Assembly: GCA_051294375.1 (NCBI GenBank)
Contig: CM119266.1
Location: 9,184,538-9,248,537 of the forward strand
Direction of reading: 5' to 3'
Origin: Paraspadella gotoi
Taxonomy: Eukaryota > Animalia > Chaetognatha
DNA: 64,000 nucleotides
The notes below the pieces were generated by a model. It searched no databases, was not told the origin of the DNA, and saw nothing but the letters and a program-made list of their open reading frames with translations. The position numbers and the translations under genes were made by a program. Positions 1-13,925 of the stretch are shown here, piece by piece (the first letter of the stretch is position 1; the number at the start of each line of letters is the position of its first letter).

Positions 1-2079
1 TTAACGTTTGGCTTTATTTGCCTGTTGCTTGGAAAGAATTTTCTCGAAAAAAAAGTAACAAATTTAAATCTATAGAATCACGAAAAGGTATCGTGAAAAA
101 AAAAACCCTTTTCTCCATCGTTGGTCCCACTCCCCCCCCTTATTTCCTCATTTCCTCCTTTTTTAGTCTCGAGTCGAAAAAAAGTTTTCAACCTTTGAGG
201 TGAAAGACGCGACAGGAACTCGATTCTCCGATTCTCGCGACCTTACCTTAACCTCACCTTAACCTCACCTTACCACAGATCCAAACTTTTATATTTCCCT
301 TTACTACTCAGAAAACTTCACTCTGCAGTTATTGTATTGTGAATAAAGAGTCCTTTGCCAATAAATTATAAACATAAGGAAACTAAATAAATAATTCTAA
401 CCCGAGTTGGAAACTAAAACAGCGATAAAATAGCGCTGAGAAATAGTATTTTACCAGGACATTTAAAATTGTTCAGAATTTATGAGATCGGTTTTCCGAG
501 AGAATTTAGGAGAAGGATTCGGGAATCGGCTAAAAATAAGCCGATGAGGATTGAGGAATCTCAAAAGTCCCGGATTCTCGACCCTCATTTCGCTTTTCTC
601 GGAAATCTAATTTTTTTTTTGGGGGGGAAGGGGCGGGAGGGAGGAAGAGGAAAATAGATGAAAAGAAAAAGAAAGGAAAAGGAGAAGAAAGGAAAAGTAG
701 AAGAAAGGAAAAGGAGAATAAAGGAAATGAAAAACGATAGAATGAGAGGAAAAATAAAAAAAAAGAAGGTGAAACTGAAGGTTAAAAGGATATATAGGGA
801 AATGAAAGGACATAAAAGAAAAATGGGAAAAAGGTAAAAAGCTTAAACAGAAGGTCAAGTAAAAAAAAGAGAGAGAGAAAGGGAGAGAAATAAAACAAAA
901 CAAAAATTTAACAAAAAGGGTTAAAAAGACAAACAAAATACGGGTGGCGAAAACATAGAAAAGAAAAAAAGGTAATTGTAATCTGGCTCGCTTGTTATCT
1001 CTGTCTCACTGTCTATTGACTGTCTGTCGCTCTGTGTCTCTCTACCTATCTTTCTGTCAGTCTGTCTCTTTTTTCCTGGAGTGAAAACTGGATATGTATA
1101 TTGTATAAGCGTGGGAAGTGAGAGAAAGAAACACGGAACTAAATGTTAAAAATAAAGAGTGGAAAAAAATGAGAAGAGAAAAAAGGAAGAGAGAAGAGAA
1201 AATAGAAAATATAAAGAAAAAATATAAAATAGTAAGAGAAAAGAGAAAATAGAAAGAGAAAAGAGAAAATAGAAGAGAAAATAGGAAGAAAGAGAAAATA
1301 GAAAGAGAAAAGAAAAGAAAAGAAGATAAATATAGAGAAGAGAAAAGGAAAAATCGAGAGTCAGACGAGAAAAGAGAGAGAAGAGAAAGAGAGAAGAGAG
1401 AAGAGGAGAGAGAGAAAAGAGAGAGAAGACACAGAGACGGTGGGAGTCTGATGGGTGAGGGAAATCAATCCTCGCTCTTGGACTTGGTGCAGCAGAAGCG
1501 GAAGGAAAAATATTTATGTTTGTTTAATGTATTTGAATAAATGAAAAGAGGCTTGTATAAAAAAATAAAAATAACTGTTTTGTGATTCAACTTTTGAAAA
1601 AAAATTTTAAAGCACAAAGTAGTTTCATGTCATGGATTCCTCGCTTATTAAGAAGGGATAAGCAATCGTTTTAACGCCAAGTCATTATTTCTCCCTTTAT
1701 GAAAATTGTAATTTTACAATGTAAACTAAATTTTATACATGAACGAACACGAGTCTCGGANNNNNNNNNNNNNNNNNNNNNNNNNNNNNNNNNNNNNNNN
1801 NNNNNNNNNNNNNNNNNNNNNNNNNNNNNNNNNNNNNNNNNNNNNNNNNNNNNNNNNNNNNNNNNNNNNNNNNNNNNNNNNNNNNNNNNNNNNNNNNNNN
1901 NNNNNNNNNNNNNNNNNNNNNNNNNNNNNNNNNNNNNNNNNNNNNNNNNNNNNNNNNNNNNNNNNNNNNNNNNNNNNNNNNNNNNNNNNNNNNNNNNNNN
2001 NNNNNNNNNNNNNNNNNNNNNNNNNNNNNNNNNNNNNNNNNNNNNNNNNNNNNNNNNNNNNNNNNNNNNNNNNNNNNNN

Positions 2080-2116
<37 letters not shown>

Positions 2117-2316
2117 GAACGATGCTCAAACAGGACATTGCATTGGGAACAGGTGCGTGAGTTAAGAGGAATGGAAGAGAAAATTAAGAAAAGGACCCTT
2201 TCCTGCTAGGAAAAGCAAGCTAAACAGTGATTCATCTATCATCGTTGCTGGTTTCTTTTATATATAAATATTCAATGTAAGCCTCCCACGTTGTTTCCCA
2301 GTATATTGTTCATCAA

Positions 2317-2392
2317 TGACGTCACAAATACGATTGCATCATCATAATGACGTCACGAAAAGACAGCGCTCTGCGTCATTGTAATGACGTCA
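2317..2392. promoter_or_regulatory. Cluster of CRE/ATF palindromes in a DGK intron
   Basis: TGACGTCA at 2317, 2348 and 2385, plus TGCGTCA at 2372. Confidence 0.35.
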
Positions 2393-2618
2393 TTCAAGTG
2401 CCTTTCAGGACTCGCGACATATTACTCAATTTGTTGAAATTTTTCGAAGTTCGAATTCTTTGAAAAATAAATATATTTAAAAAATACAAAATAATTAAGG
2501 GGATATTGATTTCTTGATCTTTTTACCTTTTTTCCCTTAAGTTTTTTTTCACATCGTAAACTTTTAAGAGAGAAAAAAAAAGAAAAAAACCGAGAAAGAA
2601 AATTCCATTCTGTCTCAC

Positions 2619-2744
2619 TTTTGCCGGAAGTCGGCGCCGCCGAGACGCCGACAGAGGCGTTGACCGGAAGCGACGACGTTAACGAGAGGCTCGACGTCAC
2701 CGCGTTGTTGTTGTTGTTGGGCGTCGTCGTCGTCGTCGTTTGCG
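2619..2744 (-). CDS. Possible further DGK exon, truncated by a gap (NNNNNAVTSSLSLTSSLPVNASVGVSAAPTSGK)
   Basis: GC-rich open frame ending at a GTGAGA donor; the 5' end lies in an N gap. Confidence 0.35.
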
Positions 2745-3554
2745 NNNNNNNNNNNNNNNNNNNNNNNNNAGCGAGAGATGGGTAGAGGGGGAAGGAGAAG
2801 GGGAAAAGGGAGGGAAGAGGGAAATGGGGGGAGAAAGAGGGGGAGAGGCAGAAGAGGAAAATGGAAGGGGAGAGACGAAATTAGATGGGAGAGGCCAAGC
2901 CTTTAGCCTGTCGCAAAAAAAGAAGGGGGACGAGAGGGGGACGACGGAGACGCCAAGAGAGAGAGAGGATAGAAGGGAGCTGGGGGGGGGAAGTGGGGAA
3001 AGTAAGTGAGGGGAGAGGAGAGTGGGGTAGGGAATTAGAGAAGGGAGAAGGGGAAGATGAGAAGATTGAGGGGAAAAGAGGGAGGAGAGAGGATTGAGAA
3101 GAGGGAATGGGCGAATCAGGGAGGAAATATGGCAAGAGAAAAAAAAGAGAAAAAAAGCTTCTTTTTTTTTAAATGTTGGAAAGAAGAGAAATGGAATCGT
3201 GACAGTTAAGAACAAAGACGGAAATAACAGGAAAGGAAAAAGAAGAAAAAAAGAAAGAATATGAATAGAAAACAAGAGGTAAGGTACCTAACAATGTTAT
3301 ATGTTAGTAACATATGAAAGAATATAAACGAAAGAATGAAATATAAAAGAAAGTAATGAGTGAATAAAAACAAAGAGGCAATGCTGGAATGAACACAAGT
3401 AAATAAAAAAAGAAAAGATGAACGAACGACGGGATGAATACAGGAAGGAATGAACGAATACATAATCGGATGAATTGATGAATGAATAAATGACTTGATG
3501 AATGAATGAATTAAAAAATAAGATACTGACGCCATAAATCAATCAATCAATCAC

Positions 3555-3707
3555 CGTTTCTCTCCTCCGTCGCGTTTCCCGACGCCGTCGACTTTTTCGA
3601 CGATTGACGAGAGACGTGGGAAAGGTTAGGTGACGCCGTCGCAGTCGCCGTCGTCGTCGTCGTCGCTCCCTGCGTTGTCACGGCGCCGACGCTGCCGACA
3701 GCGCCGT
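3555..3707 (-). CDS. DGK: Probable DGK exon 6 (...ASPNLSHVSRQSSKKSTASGNATEERN)
   Basis: SP-x-x-S-x-x-SR-x-SSKKS resembles the invertebrate DGK1 motif before the EF-hands. GTGATT donor; the acceptor could instead be near 3770. Confidence 0.6.
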
Positions 3708-3791
3708 CTGACGCGGCTCTCGCCCGACGAGGAGAGAACCGATTTGAGGGCGGAATTTCGGCGTGGAAACTGAGAGAGAGAGAGAGAGAGG

Positions 3792-3843
<52 letters not shown>

Positions 3844-4705
3844 AGAGAGCGAGAGGAGAGGGTTGAGATTGCGGCTGTACAAAAAAAAAGTCAATTTCCT
3901 GATGAATAGACGAGGCCAATCAAAGGTGAGTTCAACGTTTTGGGTAAACAAAAGGTAAGAGGCTAACACGAGCGGGAGATTCGACTTAAATTGTGCACAG
4001 TGAACGAAACGGATACTGGTATACTGTGGAGAGGAATAAGCGAACGAAGGAAACGTGAGGATAAAGATGATAATGAAAAGCGGGTTGGAGGAGGGGGGGG
4101 AGAGATATTAAAAACGATTCTATAATATTAATAAACTTCAAATTTACAATTTTTGTTTTCGATATGCGAGGAAAAGGGATAAAACAACATTAGGATTAAA
4201 TATGGACGAATGCGCGGACAGTTGTAACGAAATATTTATATAAACATGATTGAATGGATTGCAAACGAATGCATTTGCAATTATATGCAGATCATTTTAT
4301 CGAGGGAATCAAATTTCAATTTTTTAATAATGAAAAATTTACACATTAATAATCATTAATTATTTTTTCGGTGATAATTCAACGATTGTACGCATCAAGT
4401 TTTAATTTTTTTTAATTTCCATGGAAAAAAAACAATTGCGACAAAACGGAGATTGAATGTGAAAGAGACAGAGAGAGAGACAGAGAGATACAGAGAGATA
4501 CAGAAAGAGATAGAGAGAGACAGAGAGAGACGGAGAGAGACAGAAAGAGACACAAAGAGACAGAGAGAGACAGAGAGAGACAGAAAGAGACAGAAAGAGA
4601 CAGAAAGAGACAAAAAGAGATAGAAAGAGACATAGAGAGACAGAAAAAGACAGAAAGGGACAGAGAGAGAAAGGATAGAGACACACTCCGTCTCCTCCGA
4701 CGTAC

Positions 4706-4932
4706 CCTGCCCGGAGTGCACCGGCGTGACCGCCGCCGGTGTCATGGTAGCCGGCGTGAGAGCGACGGGAGTGAGAACCTGCGGAGTGGAGTCGACGGAG
4801 CTGTGTTGAGGAGCGGCGCCGAGGAGAGTCACGTTGCAAGAGGAGGAAGAGGCGGTGTGGCGGAGAGTGGCGCCAGAGTGATGGCAACTGGCGCTGAGGG
4901 TGAGACCGTCTTTGGCGCCGCCGCCTTTGGCG
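4706..4932 (-). CDS. DGK: Probable DGK exon 5 (SAKGGGAKDGLTLS...TPVALTPATMTPAAVTPVHSGQ)
   Basis: Pyrimidine-rich CAG acceptor (phase 2) and GTACGT donor (phase 1). Open Ser/Thr/Pro-rich frame, in phase with neighbouring exons. Confidence 0.55.
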
Positions 4933-5441
4933 CTGAGGACGGAGGAAGTCTTTGGTTACGAAACGGTCGAGGTTTCGAGACTAATTTTGGTATCACGTCG
5001 AAAACGACGACGACAACGACGACAACGAAAACAACAACAAAATTTCCCGCCATTCGAATCCTCGACGGGTCAATCATTATCTGACAGTTTTGAGTCTCCC
5101 GCCTCTCGATGTCAGGTTTAAAATAAACAAACCGTAAAACAAACCAAAAAAAATAGAAAAAACTAAAAGATCGCCATGAGGGTCGCAATTTTTTCTCTGA
5201 CGGTGTGCATTGGCCCCTAGTGGGGGAGTTGCCTTACTTTCTAGAACTAAGGTCAGCTTCATACGGGTGGTTTAAATGGCCCGTCACCGTTGCGACCGGG
5301 ACGAGAACCAGGGACCCTTGGGATCGAGAATAAGGCATTTGCCCAACGCGCTATTACGAAGCCGATGACCTTCGCCACTAGCCAAACCACCTTACCATTT
5401 CCCAACACCCTTTCCTCCACCCCCATCTTTTCTTCATCCAC

Positions 5442-5876
5442 CTCGCCGCGCAGTGGCTCGTCGAGTGCTGCACGTCGCTCGACTGAGAGTTGCTGCGTCG
5501 GTAGTCGGCCGAACCGACAAAGGCGTGATGCCGCTGACCGACGGATGTCGGGTTGGCCGCCGCCGACGAAGACGCCGCCGCTCTATTGACGAGGTAGGGT
5601 AAGAGGTTCGACTGAGAATTGCTGCGGAACCGACTGCCGCTTCCGCTGCCGCCGCTGCCGCTGCGGTGCCCGCCGTCTCGGAAGAGCGTGAGCCTTTCCG
5701 CCAGAGTCTGCAGCCTGTCCGACAAAGAGGGCGCCTTTCGCAGGTGAGGGTTTGGATTTTTCGATAAGGAGGCGCAAGTCGGAGAGAGAGCGCGCCGCCA
5801 GAGGCGCGCAGGGCGAGGCCGTCGTTTGAGGCCGAGGCGGCGCGTCCTTAGACGGCATGGGTCCAGGCGTGGCGGA
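5442..5876 (-). CDS. DGK: Probable DGK exon 4 (invertebrate low-complexity insert; SPCAPL...SLSDRLQTLAERL...RFRSNSQS), with an apparent frameshift
   Basis: GC-rich island after a long CT tract. Motifs resemble the invertebrate DGK1 insert (CAP; L-x-D-x-LQ-x-L-x-E-x-L) but fall in two different frames. Confidence 0.6.
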
Positions 5877-5897
5877 CTTTTTGTGTGGGTGAAGGAG

Positions 5898-5955
<58 letters not shown>

Positions 5956-7412
5956 AGAGAGCAGAGAGAGAGAGAGGAGAGAAGAGAGTTTAAAGGGGAA
6001 AACCACATGAAGGCAGATGGACAAGAATGTGCATCAATTGCAGGAAGCAAAGGAACACGATCGAGTTGGCGGAAGAACGAGGAAGAGGGCAGGTCGGTCG
6101 GTCGATCGACGTCGACGAAAATGACATCGATTATTAATAATTTCAAATTTAATTTTTTTTAAAAAAAGTATTATTAATATTGAATGTGATTTAAAATCAC
6201 GAGATTTAAACACGAACAAACAAATGGTACATGAATAGAAAAAGAAAAGAAACGTGAAAACCGTTCGTAGCAAAAGTTGGACGCAGTGAATTTCACACAA
6301 AGACGGTGATTTTAAATGACGGGTGAAAATAGTTGACGTGTGAGGAGAAAAGGGAAAAAAATAGAGGAAAAAAGAGGAGAAAAGGAGAAAAGGGAAAAAA
6401 ATAGAGGAAAAAGGAGGAGAAAAGGAGAAAAGGGAAAAAATAGAGGAAAAAAGGAGGAGAAAAGGAGAAAAGGGAAAAAAAAGAAAGATAATTGTGAAAT
6501 ATGTGGGTCTTTAATTTTTTTTTTCGAATTAGAAAATGTTTCAGTTAAAGATCTTTCGTGAAAAAAAATGTATTAAGACTTAAAACATTTCCGGTTATAA
6601 ATATTTAAAAAAAATGTTTTACTAAAAATAAGTTTAAAGTTACAATTGATTGTCACACACCGGAAATGTATTAACTCATAATTGTGAGAAACAGCCTTAG
6701 AGAGAAAGGGAAGTTGAATTGGAAAGTGTCTTTTAAAATGAGAGAATGAGAATTTGTAAGTAGCCTGTGCGGTCTGTAAATTGGTGCAACAATGATTTTT
6801 TTGGCGCTATTTTCGGAAGCGCTCCCTTTCTATTAATTTTCAAAATTAGCAAATCTTTAACCAAATCCCCAACATTATTCCCTAACCATAATTCCTAATC
6901 AAAACCATTAACCAATAACCATACCAAATTAAATATAATTCTGAAATTAAGCTGAAATTTGGCGCTCTCGAAAAATATAGCCACTTTGTTTTGTTCTTTC
7001 TATCACTCATTCATTCGTTTATTTAATTTAATTCTTTCGCTCATTCATTCATTTAATTGCATTCATTATCATTTAATTTCATTCATTTTCATTTAATTTA
7101 ATTCCTTTTCATTTCTTTCTTTTCATTTCTTTTCATTAATACCTTTTCATTTAATTTCATTCCTTTTATTTCATTTCATTTTAATTCGTGGCATTTTAGC
7201 TAATTTCATTTCATTCCTTTTCATGTCATTTCATTTCATTCGTTTTCATTTCATTGTTTTTCATTTCATTCCTTTTTTATTTCAATCTTTTTCATATAAT
7301 TTCATTTCATTTCATTTATGGCATTTTATTTCATTTCGTGACATTTTATTTCATTTCTTTTCATTTCATTTTCATACCCGACATATAAATCCGATCTCCT
7401 GGAGTGCCTTAC

Positions 7413-7584
7413 CTTTTCCGATGGCGGTAAGGCGATTCTGAATGGAGTTGCTCTGCACTTGAGGAGTGGGCGGAGCGTGCGGTCGCTTGAGAAAAGACTG
7501 AAAGAGGTGAGTGAGAAGATCCGAAGGCAGCTCCGTTTCCAGGTAAGTCGACATGAAGAGACGAAATCCCTCGTATTCGATCGG
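7413..7584 (-). CDS. DGK: Type I DGK coding exon 3 (PIEYEGFRLFMSTYLETELPSDLLTHLFQSFLKRP...)
   Basis: Matches the I-x-x-EGF-x-LFM-x-T-x-LE-x-ELP...HLF-x-SF motif. CAG acceptor; donor is either GTAAGG after 7413 or GTATGA after 7378. Confidence 0.93.
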
Positions 7585-7741
7585 CTGCGGGGGTGAGGAA
7601 AAAAGTAAGGATAGAATTGATTTTGATTCGAAGATATGAGTGGTCTGATTACCTGCTAGTTTGTTTAATTGATTGTTTGCTTAATTCATTGCTCGTTTGA
7701 TTCATCAGTTACTTGAATGATTGATTGACTGATTCACTCAC

Positions 7742-7818
7742 CTCCTCGGGATTGTATTTAGCAAGAACGCCATCTCCGTGAAATTCCTCGAAAACATCCT
7801 TGACCTTTTTGTTGGCGT
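7742..7818 (-). CDS. DGK: Type I DGK coding exon 2 ([26 protein letters not shown])
   Basis: Close match to the DGK N-terminal motif KK[20 protein letters not shown]. TAG acceptor, GTGAGT donor, phase compatible with exon 1. Confidence 0.95.
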
Positions 7819-9894
7819 CTAGATAGTAGAAAGGAAAGAGAAAATATTAAGTAAATTATGGATTACATAATACTTATATTAGAGGTAACCAAACTCAGTA
7901 AGGTGGTTAAGAAATTTGAATTAAGACCTGCTCAAAAGAAAATTTAGATATTTTTTAAAAAATTTGAATATACAAATTTTTTTTAAATATTACTCTGTAC
8001 CCCATATATTAATTTTTAAAGCTAAAATTGTTTTAAAGATGTTTTTATTTTTATCAGATTGAGGTAGCTTACAAAAAGTTGTCTACCCAAAGTATAATTC
8101 TTTTTTCTATATTTTGATCATAGGTGGGTGAAACAAATATAATAATAATCATCATCATCATATTTTGATAATTTTATTACTTTTTCTTAATTTTGACAAA
8201 GAAAACATAAGAATTTTTGAAAGTTGTAGTTATATTTTTTATTTAACATTTTATGCTCTATCAGAATCCATCAAAAAAGATTGATTAAAAAAAATTGGTA
8301 TCATTATATAATAATATTGTAATTTTAAATACAATAATAAAAGCATTAAAATATAACTTTTTTAAAAAATTCTTCAACTTGAAGTTCAAGACTAAAGTTT
8401 TGAAGCCCCGCCCAAATTCAATTTAATTTCATAGTAGATTTCTACTTATATGTATATCGAAGCCATTCAATTTTATATTGAGAGGCGGAAATAAGAAAAG
8501 CAGAAAAATTCGTAGAGAGAGATAAACGCAAAAATGAAAGAGAAACAGAAAGAAAGAAAGATTAAAGTAACAAGATCAGAGCATCCAAGGTGTTACGCCG
8601 CAGTGACCATCTTTTCACGTGTATTTCCCTGTGATCACATGACTACATGACTAGGAAATTTATGTATAACAAACCTCTTTATATTGTATTTGCATTTATA
8701 ACACGTACTGCATCGGAATTCCGTCTTTTATTCTTTATAGTTTTATAATTTCTTGAAGGCGGCGCTAGCAGTCATTTAGATTTGAGGTTTTTTTTCCTGT
8801 CTTAACAAATAAGCAACCAACTATAAGTGGGACGACCGACAGACCGACCGAAAAGTGACTTATAGAGTTATTCGGCAACTAATAAATCCAGCGCTCAATA
8901 AGTCGCTTAATTCTCTCATTTTTTTCTGTTTATTTCCCTGCTGATCCTGCCGCTGCTTCTCCTGCAGCTGCTCATCCTCTTCCTCCTTTTCTTTTTCCTC
9001 TCTCAAAAAACTAATTTAGATTACAAAGCCTTTTTTCGTAACGCTTTTAACTTTCCAAGATGTCTTTTTGGACCTAATATCTACGGACAGATAGACCACG
9101 AGAAGCGTCTCAGAGAGCCCGATTTAAAAACTAGAAAGAGGTTAAAAAAAGAAAAGAACGAATCAAAAAATTTAAAAAAACAACTTAATGGTGATCATCC
9201 ATCGCTAACGTTTCCCCCTCGGCTGACGAAGATAGTCTAAAAATAGACCAAAATTTTGTTCTCGCTGCTTTTGATGGTCGAACTCGATTTTTCTTTTCTC
9301 TTTTTTTATGGAACTTTGCTCATTAAGTCTTCCTTCCCCCCAAATTTTTTTTTTCTTCTTAGCAGACGCGTCAATTTATACTTTTTAACATATATGAAAT
9401 TGGTACAACCAATATAAAAATTATCCATTCATTTAATAAATAAGCTATCTTGCCCCCGACTATGGACAGGCTTTGGTGGTTTAAGGCCTCCATCACTCTT
9501 ACAAGATAATGACATTGCAAGGTCCCTGTCTTCTTTTACTTTTTATGGTCGCGGGTCTCAGCTATTTTCGCTCGGATCATAAAATCAGAGTTGATGCGCG
9601 CGAAAAGGAACTCATTTCTCCTGAGACGAAAATGAAAAAAAAAAAACGGAAAAAAAAACGAGAGAAGATATTGGCCGGGATTTTACAGTTCGGGTCTTTA
9701 ATCAATTTTTTGTAAATTTAAGAAAAAAGGATTTGACGTGAAAACGATACCCTTTATAAGTAATTAATATATTATATTATAATATATTATATTATGTCAT
9801 ATTATATTGTAACTTGAGGCAGAGCTACCAACGGTTCTATGGCTACCAACTACTTTATCGTCATTCGAAATTAAATGGAGTCTAATCAGACGCT

Positions 9895-10090
9895 TTAAAT
9901 GCCATCACTTTATATGACGCTGCCTCAAATGGCATCTCCACAAATGGCCTTGCCTCAAATGGCATCACCTTAAATAACGCTGGCCTTAAATGGCACCTCC
10001 TCAAATGGTATCTCGACAAATGGCATCACCTTAAATGGCGCTGCCTGAAAAGGCATCTCCTCAAATGGCATGACCTTAAAAGGCATCTTC
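9895..10090. repeat. Degenerate ~20-bp AAATGGCATC-core tandem array (repeated at ~16850-17040)
   Basis: Recurring aaatggcatc/aaatggc units. Confidence 0.7.
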
Positions 10091-10352
10091 CCCTCGAATG
10101 ACAATCGATCAAAGTAAAATCCATTAAAGCCCGCTGAAAGTCATTTTCCCCGACGCATAAACAAAATCGTCGAGAAAAGATAGAAACTAAACCAAAGATC
10201 TCAAAACCTGAAGCGACGCAGAACGATACATTTTGTTGTTCGTCGTCGGCGGCGGCGGCGGCGGCGGCAGCGTCTCTGTTGTTGAGCGTTAACCTCTGAA
10301 GCGAAAGAGTCTAAAAGGTCCGCCATCAATTCAGAGCGCGACGTACCCCGGC

Positions 10353-10394
<42 letters not shown>

Positions 10395-11686
10395 CGCTAA
10401 ATCCCTTTTCCATTTGGGTGAAAAATGCTCATTGAAAAATGTATTTTTCTAAAAAAACGATGCTTCATGCCAAAGTTGTTTTTTTTAGAGTAAGTTTTCC
10501 TCATTCATCGGTCAACGCTCTCGACTTCTCTCATAATATCGACAATCCAATGAAGTTTAGCTATATTCACTCGCGATCCAAACATCTTATAAGATTATTA
10601 TTATATTATCATTACTCTTTCAATAAATACGCTATCTTGAGCTATCTAGTCTTTGAACACGCTATGGTGGTTTAAGGACTTCATTCCTTTTACAAGATGA
10701 CAGTAGAAAACTTAAAATCAAGACTCAGTCTAATTTATTAACTCCCCGACAACCTGATTTCCTTATGAACGAAGTGGTTCAATACTTTTATACACAAACT
10801 CTTCATGTCTTCATTGTCTACTCAAGCTCGTTCCTACTTTCTCGCTCCCGCCAGTATCGCTTCTTTTCTTTTTTTAAAAGAAAGAAAACCAGAAGCAGAC
10901 AAGAAAACCCGAGATTCTCGAAATTCCCGGATGTTGATACTTTTTATATTAAGCGGGAAATCGATCGCGCGAGAGGTTCTTGTCTCTCTGAAATTGAACA
11001 GAAGGAAAGACGCAACACCGACGGAGAAGAAAGAAAGAGGGAGTATGGATCTGTTGCTATATATAGAACAAATTCCTCCCGTTTAGATATATTCAATATA
11101 AAATAGAATGAAAATGTTCTCTAAAGAGGAAAAAGTCTGAGAAAGTTTAAAAAAAAATAAAAATGATAAACTAAAATAGACTAAAGAAAACCCCGATACA
11201 TATATATTGAAAAACTCACAAGATATTAACTAACGAGAAACATTATCGAGCGTAGGATGATTGAGCGTCATCGGAATTTTTCTTTTCCCCCCCCTGAAGC
11301 TAAAAAGGTACAGGGTGTTTGTAATTTATCGACTCCATTCCTTGTTTTTATTGATTGTCGATCGATCTTGAAATGACGCTATACAGAGCGAATCAACAAT
11401 TTCCAGATCGTTCCTTTATTATAGATTTTAATTTTAATTTTAAAATTTAAACTAATCTTAAACCCTAATCCCTTAATCCCTAACGTAATCCTTAACCTTA
11501 ACTTTCAGCTTAATTTTTAACATAAAAAATTTATTTCAATCAAAATTTAAGATAAAATGGGGCATTCTGGGAAAATAAGGCCGAGAGATAGATATATATA
11601 TATAATTATATATAGAGAGAGATATAGAGAGATATAGAGAGAAATATAGAGAGTTATGGAGAGATTTAGAGAGATTTAGAGAGATT

Positions 11687-11733
<47 letters not shown>

Positions 11734-11779
11734 CAAGAAAGATAACTTGACACTTGACTAATAATAAATAAATACTTAC

Positions 11780-11846
11780 ATGACACGTACTCCTGAATCT
11801 GTGCGAATTCCTGTGGAGAGAGCTTGGCCCAGAGTAGGTCGGACAT
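11780..11846 (-). CDS. DGK: Type I diacylglycerol kinase, coding exon 1 (MSDLLWAKLSPQEFAQIQEYVS)
   Basis: Translation resembles the DGKB/DGKA N-terminus (W-x-x-LSP-x-EF-x-Q-x-Q-x-Y). ATG at 11846; phase-1 GTAAGT donor. Confidence 0.93.
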
Positions 11847-12847
11847 GTTGCGAGGCGAGTTGTGCTTGTATCCGTTTTAAGTGAGCGGTTTTTTAGTCGT
11901 TTTGTTTATGTTTTGTTTATCTCCTCTCAATGTTTTGGATTTTTTCTGGGATCGGCGAAAACGAGACTATTTTCATGTTGCATCCTCGAGCCAAAATCTC
12001 GGGAGTGTTTTACCGCTCAATTTTTTCAAAATCATTTTTATGTTTTTTGTTTTTGTTTATGTTAGTTTTTCTTTTTTTTTTAGTTTTGTTTGAATCGACG
12101 TTTTTCTTTAATGTTTATTTTTGTTTTTATTTTGTTTATATCGAGCGCATGCGCGAGAACGTGTTACTTCGGAGGCACGTGAATGGAAAGGATTCTCCCT
12201 CTAATTCCAAACATAATTTGTTATCTTTTTTTTTAAATTTATTTTTTTTTGTTCGAAATCTATTTTAATCGAACAGTTAGGTTGTTCTTTCCTCCGCAGG
12301 GGGAGAAAGAAAGTTGCGTTTCGTTGCAGAGAATACAAAACAAAACACGAAACAAAAACAAGTTGGTACAAGAGAATAAAAAAACAAAAACCGAGATTCC
12401 GGCATGTATGTAAAAGATTTTTGAAACGACGAAGATGAGGAAATTGCGAGAAAAGAAGACGAAAGAGAGAGAGATGGATGGAGAGAGGGAGAGAGAGTGA
12501 GATAGAGAGAGAGAGGGGAAGGGAAAGAAACTGGGATTGAAAAAGGAAGCGTAGGAGGAAGAGGAGGAGGAGGAAGAAGAGGAGGAGGATGAGCGTTCGG
12601 AGGAAAGGAAAAAGAAATGAAGGAGGAGGAAGAGGAGGAGGAGGAGGAGGATACGAACGATACAACGAGAATGAAATGGAATTTGGCGAAAATCCATGAA
12701 CGAGTAGCAGAATGACACTAACTCGATCGGCGGCGAAAATGGGAAAATATGATTTCGTTTTAGGGAAGATAGAAAAGAGTGAAGGGAAGAAAGAGAGAGA
12801 AGGTATTAAGAAACTTTTAAAAAGAAAGAGGGAAAAGAGAGAGAGAC

Positions 12848-12941
<94 letters not shown>

Positions 12942-13855
12942 GAGATAAAAGAAAAGATATAGAGAGGAAGAGACTGACTTTTGAAACAAGGAAGCGGATT
13001 AATTTTGCGCACGGCGAGTCGATTTCGAGAGCAATAGCGAGACGGAGACGAAGAAAGCGAAAGAGCGAAAGAGAGAGAGCGAGAGGTGCCATTTCCGAAA
13101 AAGCGTGGGTTGTGGATATAAGCGAAAGAGCAGAGGCGACGGGAGACGAGGAGAACGCAGCGACGAGTCTTGAACCGGAAGCAGTTTCGATGCTCTGTTT
13201 TGGTATTCGTAGAATTCATATGATTAAATATAAATAAATAATAATAAAGATATATACAAAATTTATAATAAAAAGTGCTCTTTTGTTCTAATGTTAAACA
13301 CTGCGCTCAAGATGGCAGCACCAGTTCCCGCCACCTTAGATCGTCATCTCTTAACCCGTCACTCTTCGTCGACCAAAGAAGCGAGAAACTTGATTCCGAT
13401 GATCAAAAAGAGTGGAACTTTTCAATTCATAGAGGCTAAGGGCCAAATTCAGGGCTAAAGATTAAGCCCTGGGCTTAGGCTAAAGTCCGGGGGTTGAGGG
13501 CTCGAGCCCGTATTCGACATTTAATGTTAGTGAAATAATAACGACCGAGTTGGAAAACGTAATTCACAAAATCTCACAGATAATCCAAAGAGCAAATAAA
13601 TTCGCCGGCTTTTAAATAATCTGGCGAAAAAAATATTCACGCGACGAAAAGCGAAAGTCGGACGTCAGCCAGAAAAAATTAAAAAAGAAAGAAAAAAGAA
13701 AGAAAAAAAAATTAGTCGTTTATTTACGATTTTGTTTTCAACGAATCGAGAGAGACTTAAAAAAAAGTTCGTTCTGAGTTTTAGTGTGAGAAAAAAAAAA
13801 GGTTCCACGTTTCAATGTTTATCTTCGTCGAATCGCGAGTTCGGAAGTTTGGTCC

Positions 13856-13925
13856 GGGGGTCTCTGCACCCAGGGGTCTCTGCACCCAGGGGTCTCTGGA
13901 CCCAGGGGTCTCTGCACCCAGGGGT
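13856..13925. repeat. ~20-bp GGGGTCTCTGCACCCA-type short tandem repeat (repeated at ~20806-20872)
   Basis: Four direct copies of ggggtctctg(c/g)accca. Confidence 0.8.

Noticed and set aside
1671-2209. ORFs spanning N runs (also 56716-57057 and 59071-59624)
   Set aside because: Open only because of assembly gaps.
12201-13237. Long LS/ER-rich ORFs here and throughout the window
   Set aside because: They arise from (AG)n microsatellites and purine tracts.
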